From NCBI GenBank assembly GCA_046759445.1, contig JBHICG010000013.1, forward strand, positions 1-63,034: 63,034 bases of DNA, in the 5' to 3' direction. A program made the translations under genes and the position numbers. This document shows positions 57,185 to 63,034 of this stretch, in pieces. Below the pieces are notes generated by a model. The model was not told where the DNA came from. It saw only the letters and a program-made list of their open reading frames with translations, and ran no database searches. This stretch comes from Candidatus Scalinduaceae bacterium (GTDB lineage Bacteria; Planctomycetota; Brocadiia; Brocadiales; Scalinduaceae). The first letter of the stretch is position 1. Each line of letters starts with the position of its first letter.

Positions 57185-59290
57185 TTAAAATTCGTAACGC
57201 AACTCAACCATAAACGACCTTCCCGGTTGGGGGAAATCGGTAGGTACCGTATTTCTAGGAGCAGGGTCTTCATATCCCTTATCAAAGAGATTATGTACTG
57301 AACCCCTTATCTCAAAGTTGTCCATAAAGTTTTTACCAATAATGGTAAGATCAACCACTGCGTATGAAGGCATATCTCTCCTGGGATCTCCAAACTCCCT
57401 TGGCCTTGGCCCACTGAGGAACGTATGCAGGTTGGCATTCGCATACTTCCAGAATCCTACGTTCACGCCAAAATTCGCCTTGTGTACGGGCACGTCAGGC
57501 AATCGATTTCTATTCCTTGTCTCTTCCGCTTTCTGAAAGGTATAATTGGCATAAGCGTAATTATCATTCCCAAAATCGGCCTTTATTTCTGCCTCAACAC
57601 CCATAACCCTTGCTCCTCCTGAATTTTGAAATTGCCTGGGGCTTCCCGTATCTAACTGAATCCTATCCCTTATACGGTTAAAAAAGTAATTCATGTTCCC
57701 CCTGACGCTTTTAGTAAAATTATAGCCCAGGCCAATCTCGTATGTATTTATCTTTTCCGGGTCAAGCCCAGGATTACCTATAAAAGCAGGATTATTTATA
57801 AAAAACAATTCGTTAAAACTAGGCGCCCTGAAGGCGGTTGCAAAAAGGAGCTTCAGGTATGCGTCCTCCATAAACCGCCATATCAATCCTATCCTTGGAT
57901 TGGTTGTGCCCCCAAACCGCTTAAACTGGTCATGCCTCACTCCAATCGTTAAATCAATATCCTTTGTAATGTTCCACTCATCCTGCAGATAGAGAGCCCA
58001 TATCTGCCTTGTAGCCCTCCTGGCAAAAGGAAGGCTACTGGAAAAGTCCCTGAATGAGGGAAGGGGAGCAAACGTCATGGGATCAACAAAGAAAAGGGGA
58101 TGAAAATTAGCTCCGAATTTAATGTCACCCTGGTGAATCCATTCATATTGAAAGCCAAACGTCAAGTCATTTCCCTCAAACAACTTATAATTAAGTTGAT
58201 TTTCAAAACCGACAGTCCGATATTTAATCCTCGTCAACCCCTTTAGGCCGTCGGGAAAGAGAACTGGAAATGGAAACGCAGCCGTTTCTACAAAACCTTC
58301 TGGACGTGACTCAATAAATGCGTCACTGTTATATTGGTCATAATACGCCTTTGTTATCATATTCAGCTTTTCTCCCAGAGGTAGTCTATAAATAAGTTCA
58401 CTAAATACATAAGTATCCTTCCATATAGTATCATCACTAAGTGCATTATCGAAACCTATATAACCTTCGCGCCTCTTCTTCATATATTTGGACTTAAGCT
58501 CCAGGTTTTTGTATGATAGCTTCAGATTCAGGTCTGTCTTTTCCTTTCTATTTTGAGACCTCCCGGGGCTCATAGAAAAAGGAGCGGGGAAAAGAATATC
58601 CTGCTCAATCTTTTTGCTGAAACCCTCTGTGTCAAGGTAATCAAAAAAACCTGATATCTTTAGATCACCATATTCCTTTCCGAATAACATATTATAATTC
58701 TGTGTATCAAAGCTTCCACCACTTGTCGTCCACTGAAAGCCATCAATATCCTCCGTATCCTTTGTTATGATATTAATAACTGCAAGAAACGCATTCTGAC
58801 CATAAAGGGCTGAACCGGGTCCCCTGATAATCTCTATCCTTTTTGCATTCTCTACCACAAGGTCAAAAAAATTAAACGAGGCACCACCTCCCCCAGGTTC
58901 ATTAACGGAATGCCCATCTATCAGCACCTTCACTTTTTGTGACTCCTTATCCAGCACACCTCTTGCAATAAACTCTGTTTCTCCATTATTGTCCATCTGG
59001 ATATCAAAACCGGGTATTGTTGCTAAAACATCCGACAATGTCCTGAGACCCATTTGTTTTATCTGTTTGTCCGTAATCACACTCATTATGGCTGGAGATT
59101 TCAAGACCGTTTTGGGCTTTTTTAAGGCACTAACAACCTCTTCCTCTTCCGTAAATATAGCAAATATCTCTTCAAGTCCTGCCTCCACTTCCTGAGCATG
59201 CAAACTTTCTGAAGTGAACAAGATCAGATTCAAAAATAAAAGCAGGATAAAATTAAAACATATAAATATTTTTGTAATTTTCGAATTCAA
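57185..59290 (-). CDS. TonB-dependent receptor (start likely TTG 59290 rather than 59437)
   Basis: Plug SPAIMSVIT...RIEIIRGPGSALYG.NA..AVINIITK. Barrel YLQDEW, FRAPSFNE, LDPEKI, NLFDKGY, C-terminal Phe. The signal peptide begins at L50 of the tracked ORF. Confidence 0.92.
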   Translation of the reverse strand: MNSKITKIFICFNFILLLFLNLILFTSESLHAQEVEAGLEEIFAIFTEEEEVVSALKKPKTVLKSPAIMSVITDKQIKQMGLRTLSDVLATIPGFDIQMDNNGETEFIARGVLDKESQKVKVLIDGHSVNEPGGGGASFNFFDLVVENAKRIEIIRGPGSALYGQNAFLAVINIITKDTEDIDGFQWTTSGGSFDTQNYNMLFGKEYGDLKISGFFDYLDTEGFSKKIEQDILFPAPFSMSPGRSQNRKEKTDLNLKLSYKNLELKSKYMKKRREGYIGFDNALSDDTIWKDTYVFSELIYRLPLGEKLNMITKAYYDQYNSDAFIESRPEGFVETAAFPFPVLFPDGLKGLTRIKYRTVGFENQLNYKLFEGNDLTFGFQYEWIHQGDIKFGANFHPLFFVDPMTFAPLPSFRDFSSSLPFARRATRQIWALYLQDEWNITKDIDLTIGVRHDQFKRFGGTTNPRIGLIWRFMEDAYLKLLFATAFRAPSFNELFFINNPAFIGNPGLDPEKINTYEIGLGYNFTKSVRGNMNYFFNRIRDRIQLDTGSPRQFQNSGGARVMGVEAEIKADFGNDNYAYANYTFQKAEETRNRNRLPDVPVHKANFGVNVGFWKYANANLHTFLSGPRPREFGDPRRDMPSYAVVDLTIIGKNFMDNFEIRGSVHNLFDKGYEDPAPRNTVPTDFPQPGRSFMVELRYEF

Positions 59291-59309
59291 TATTTCGCGA
59301 AATGTTTTC

Positions 59310-59755
59310 CCGACCGTACCTGGGCACAATAAGTCCTTTTGAGAGAATGTAGTTTGCAGATTTTTAGATTCGCTTGAGAGGAGAGTCTTGTTCAAGTTCC
59401 TTAATAATTTCTGGAAAAACATCTTCAACTTCTCCAATCACCACTTCGTCAACATGTTCAAGAGCTTCTTCAGGTAGTAACTAGGCATGAAAACCTCACA
59501 CAATAACGAGTGTTCCGCAATTGCGAAAGTGAGTTACCGTTTATAGGTATGAATATCGTTAGTATCATATAGATTAAGGCTACGAGATCAACGTCTATAT
59601 CATAATCAACCGGTCGAACTTGTTCATTGCGTATTGTTATATTGGTATCGGAAGGAAATACGGCAACAAAACAAGGAGCTGTAAGAAGGACAAATACATT
59701 ATTTTTTTACTCCATCATTTTGACTTTCTCAGACACCAATAATTTCAACATTCAT
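59310..59755 (-). pseudogene. Decayed B12-binding radical SAM gene (N-terminal part)
   Basis: RBS AAGGAG plus ATG 59755. Pieced frames read ITIRNEQVRPVDYDIDVDLVAL ... GFHA*LLPEEALEHVDEVVIGEVED, typical of the cobalamin-binding domain, with multiple stops and frameshifts. Confidence 0.75.
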
Positions 59756-59802
59756 ATAATCTCCTTCTTTGTTATTGGACAAACAGATTTTTTTTAAAAT
59801 AT

Positions 59803-60912
59803 TTAAAGTAACAATCTTCCTTCTTTTCCTTGAAACATTTCAATCATACGCCAGTTGAATTTGTGATTAACAAATGACTTTGTTAATCGTAACCAAGGAA
59901 AAATACGGTATTTTCTTTTCACTATCTTTTCGTAATTTGCAAGTTCTACCTGCTCATTATTATTCAAATAATTTGAGATTGCATGAGCGGCAAATCTCCC
60001 ACTTATCAGTGCCTGAGAAATTCCCTCTCCAGTAAAAGCACTTACAATCCTTCCTGCCTCTCCCACATACAAAATGTTTCTATCAACAATATCTTTTATA
60101 CGATATGTATATCGAAATGGAAACCCTCTCGCGAATCCAATAGGTTTTGCTTCCTTCATATATTGACTTAAATACGTTGATAAAATTCTTTTAAGATATT
60201 CCTTTATTTTATCTTTACTGTACTTCGGCCATTCCAAACCTATTCCAATATTAACCAGATCATCTGCTACAGGAAACATCCATCCATATAGTGGAAGAAA
60301 GTCTTTATCATAAATCATGTAAGCAATATTTTTTTCAAATTTTGTCCTCTCAAACCATCCCATATAGCCAATTGCCTGAATATACTGTCGTCTCTTCAAA
60401 TCAAAACGAGATAAATTTGCACCTGTAGCAACTACAATAATTTTTGCCCTAATATGTTCGTCTGCCGTAGATATTACTCCACATATTTTACCATTATCTT
60501 CCCATAATCCTCTTATGCGCATTCCATCTCTCACAGGGACTCTCAATTTTCTTACGTGGTTCAATAAAATATTGTCAAATTTTTTTCTCCTCAAGACAAG
60601 CATCTCAGGTTTTGGATTTTCTATCCTTCTTCCTTTTAGAATTGTTCCATAAGGTGTAATGTAGTAAACTCTATAAACATCATATGCATGAACCTTTACC
60701 TCATCTAAGATTCCCATTTCATCAAGACACACCTGCGCTTCTATAGACAACCCTCCTGCACATATCTTATCTCTCGGAAATACACTTTTGTCGACTAACA
60801 AAATGTTCTTTACACCTTGCTGACTAAGATGATGTGCAACTGAAGAACCCGCAGGTCCGGCTCCTATAATAACAACATCGTAAACATAAGACATGGCACA
60901 CCATTCTTTCAA
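59803..60912 (-). CDS. Geranylgeranyl reductase-family FAD oxidoreductase
   Basis: DVVIIGAGPAG, FPRDKICAGG, RKKFD, YGWMFP, NIGIG, GEA...FTGEGI. Confidence 0.9.
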   Translation of the reverse strand: MKEWCAMSYVYDVVIIGAGPAGSSVAHHLSQQGVKNILLVDKSVFPRDKICAGGLSIEAQVCLDEMGILDEVKVHAYDVYRVYYITPYGTILKGRRIENPKPEMLVLRRKKFDNILLNHVRKLRVPVRDGMRIRGLWEDNGKICGVISTADEHIRAKIIVVATGANLSRFDLKRRQYIQAIGYMGWFERTKFEKNIAYMIYDKDFLPLYGWMFPVADDLVNIGIGLEWPKYSKDKIKEYLKRILSTYLSQYMKEAKPIGFARGFPFRYTYRIKDIVDRNILYVGEAGRIVSAFTGEGISQALISGRFAAHAISNYLNNNEQVELANYEKIVKRKYRIFPWLRLTKSFVNHKFNWRMIEMFQGKEGRLLL

Positions 60913-61014
60913 TCTCCCAAAAGAAGGAAGAAGTGGAAACCAGAACTTTACAGACTATTCAACAATAATAATAAAGCACCGGTGACATTTCTTAAATAGA
61001 TAACTAGACAACTA

Positions 61015-61980
61015 TCAGGCAATATACCATGTAAGAATAGCTGACGCTACACCGGCATTTGTAGCCCAAGGTACCATACGCTTTGACGCATCAGCAGCTT
61101 TTTTGGGTAATACCATTGATAGTAGAATCAAACTGCCTGCTACAACGAAAAATGACACAATTGATATAAATGGGAATACACCTGACCTATACTCGTTTAT
61201 TATCAGACTTGATAATAAAAAAAAGATGAATCCCACTATCCAATAAGTTTTCCTTTTACCTAATACGATCACCGTTGTCTTAATATTGGCGCCTAAATCA
61301 TCCTCATACTCATATAATTGGTGGTTTAGAAGTGCTAAGACAGTTCCTGAAGCAAATATCAAACTTACTGGCAACACACGATTCCCCCATAAGACACCTT
61401 CATGTGATGACCATGCTGATGAAAGAAAAATTAACCCGCCAACAATGGCGTGAATGAATACATCCCAAAAAGGCATTGCTTTTATTCTAAAGGGCCTCCA
61501 CGAATATAAGAAGGCGGCAATAAGAATTGCCAAAATAATTAAGCATACCGTAACACCCGCAATAATTGATAATGAAAGACTTATAGCACCAGCCACTGCT
61601 GCCACAAAATAACCGGTACCTTTTGAGACTTTTCCTAACGCAATAACATTCCTTGTAGTGCGTGCAAGTATATCGTCAGGTGCATCCTCAGCATCATTAA
61701 ATGCAAATGTGGCTACTAAAGCAAATGTATTGGCTAGTCCAATAGTCAAAAGACGTACTAATCCATCTGAGTTACCTGCTATGTGTAACCCCACTATTGT
61801 ACTAAAAAAACATATGGGCATGTAAACGTGCAATCTGGCAAGAGAAAAGATTGTGGAAACATTCAATCCATTCAGTAAATTTGTATTACCTCTCATAATA
61901 TTATTAATCCTCTTTTGAATAAATACTAGAGACGCTTTTTTGAAAGTATAAAAGTGGGACAGGTTTATCATATAAGACAC
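61015..61980 (-). CDS. UbiA-family prenyltransferase
   Basis: FNDAEDAPDD, YSWRPFRIK, degenerate second motif HQLYEYEDD...IKTT; multi-TM. Confidence 0.85.
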   Translation of the reverse strand: MSYMINLSHFYTFKKASLVFIQKRINNIMRGNTNLLNGLNVSTIFSLARLHVYMPICFFSTIVGLHIAGNSDGLVRLLTIGLANTFALVATFAFNDAEDAPDDILARTTRNVIALGKVSKGTGYFVAAVAGAISLSLSIIAGVTVCLIILAILIAAFLYSWRPFRIKAMPFWDVFIHAIVGGLIFLSSAWSSHEGVLWGNRVLPVSLIFASGTVLALLNHQLYEYEDDLGANIKTTVIVLGKRKTYWIVGFIFFLLSSLIINEYRSGVFPFISIVSFFVVAGSLILLSMVLPKKAADASKRMVPWATNAGVASAILTWYIA

Positions 61981-62541
61981 CTACCTTTAGGATGGCATTA
62001 CAAGGTTATTGTCGAAAATGAACTAAATATAATTTTATAAAGTTTTAAAGGAAAATATCAAACCAGGTTCTAAGCTCTACAATGAACAATTTAAGGTTGA
62101 TTTAACAGGAGAAATAACTAATAACTGTTAACAAAGATATTGACGTGTCTTCTTAATCGGATTGTGAATTCTGCATCATAGTCTTAAGAATCTAGTTAAA
62201 ATCCACTAAAGTCAAGAAAATTTTCATAATAGATTGATTTAAACTTGTTCAGCTTACTTTTAACTTTAACTTAAGCTTTTATGATAACCAAATTAGTCTG
62301 TTCTACTGATGTATTTCTTAATACAAGAAATGCTGGAAGTCTTATAGAGGATTTGTTTACGAGACGGAATTATAACATGAGATTGACAATTTGTATTCTT
62401 AAAAATAGAAATATTGAGAAAAAGATATTTTTCTATGGTAAGATTCTCCAGAAATAATATTTAAAATCTCGAATAATAATTAACTTACTGGACTAATCTA
62501 AAAAAGCCCGAGAATAGTTAGAAATGTTTCTTATATCCTTT

Positions 62542-63000
62542 CTATTTTCCCTCATACTCAAGGACTATAGACTCTTGTTCGATTGTCTCTATAGAGCCTG
62601 GTCTTTTTCTTCTAACTTCTTCAATTGCATTTGCCGCACTAAACCCCTTGCTTACAAGGTAACATGCCAGCATAGTTCCTGTCCTTCCTATACCAGCATC
62701 GCAATGCACAACTAATTTCTTTCTATCAGTTCTTATTTTCTTTGCAAAGTTTAAAAAATTCTCTATTTGTTCCATACTTGGTGTCTCAAAATCTTTAATT
62801 GGGATATGCTTAGTCTCAAAACCAAATTCCTCTACCAAACTTTTATTAAGAGGAAATTCAGTAAGAGATACAATCGCTTCAATATCATTATCTTTGAGAA
62901 ATTCAAAATCAACCACTGAAGATGCTGGCTTAGCCATACCGGCTATCTCACCTTCTATTAACCAGCTAAAATTCTTAATCATAGTCATAACGCACCCCAT
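62542..63000 (-). CDS. Dual-specificity protein phosphatase (DUSP23/Cdc14-like); start probably MIKNF
   Basis: NFSWL, HIPIKDF, VHCDAGIGRTG, RPGSIET.EQ. Confidence 0.92.
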   Translation of the reverse strand: MGCVMTMIKNFSWLIEGEIAGMAKPASSVVDFEFLKDNDIEAIVSLTEFPLNKSLVEEFGFETKHIPIKDFETPSMEQIENFLNFAKKIRTDRKKLVVHCDAGIGRTGTMLACYLVSKGFSAANAIEEVRRKRPGSIETIEQESIVLEYEGK

Positions 63001-63034
63001 AAAGGGGTGGCTTGACGGTTATGAGCTGTCTCAA

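Noticed and set aside
59291..59437. N-terminal 49-aa extension of the TonB receptor ORF
   Set aside because: It overlaps the radical SAM pseudogene in another frame and precedes the signal peptide; likely not translated.
35111..62397. Identical 17-mer GATTGACAATTTGTATT at 35111 and 62381
   Set aside because: A rough estimate gives a chance match of this length reasonable odds in 63 kb of AT-rich DNA, and there is no shared context.
1..63034. CRISPR array or cas genes
   Set aside because: No regularly spaced 23-47-bp direct repeats and no cas motifs; the repeats seen are palindromic or periodic.

Overview
AT-rich bacterial chromosomal window. The Mla system, futalosine menaquinone genes and gene styles fit a diderm, probably an anammox Planctomycete (Ca. 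Brocadiales/Scalindua-like); this taxonomy is an unverified inference. Positions 1-12.7 kb form a visibly GC-richer block of giant secreted mosaic proteins (G8/beta-helix, DUF5060 plus TIM-barrel-like, beta-propeller, FN3, Ig, LamG). One of these is a ~2460-aa gene broken by two single-base frameshifts, and the block also holds an IS200 tnpA relic and a MITE. Housekeeping genes follow: MFS, argS, mlaEFDCA, mqnA/mqnC, alr, cca, mutL-tsaE-thiL, tRNA-Gln, menG, larE. Interleaved with them are five notable loci: (i) a ~6.5 kb defence-like island (helical-repeat protein, PD-(D/E)XK-like protein, type II R-M, two small acidic proteins) between a STAS-HATPase gene and a STAS-wHTH gene; (ii) an uncharacterised two-gene pair at 45.9-47.4 kb; (iii) a MerR operon with a perfect mer operator but no merA/merT in the window; (iv) a TonB receptor / binding protein / kinase / REC-REC / adenylate cyclase operon; (v) a UbiA-GGR-(decayed B12 radical SAM) cluster. 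Intergenic DNA is dense with nested REP/MITE and 7-9-nt periodic repeat elements linked to four-helix-bundle gene remnants, some inserted in-frame into genes. No CRISPR array, rRNA, integrase or reverse transcriptase was seen. All family assignments come from motif recognition by eye, not from database searches.
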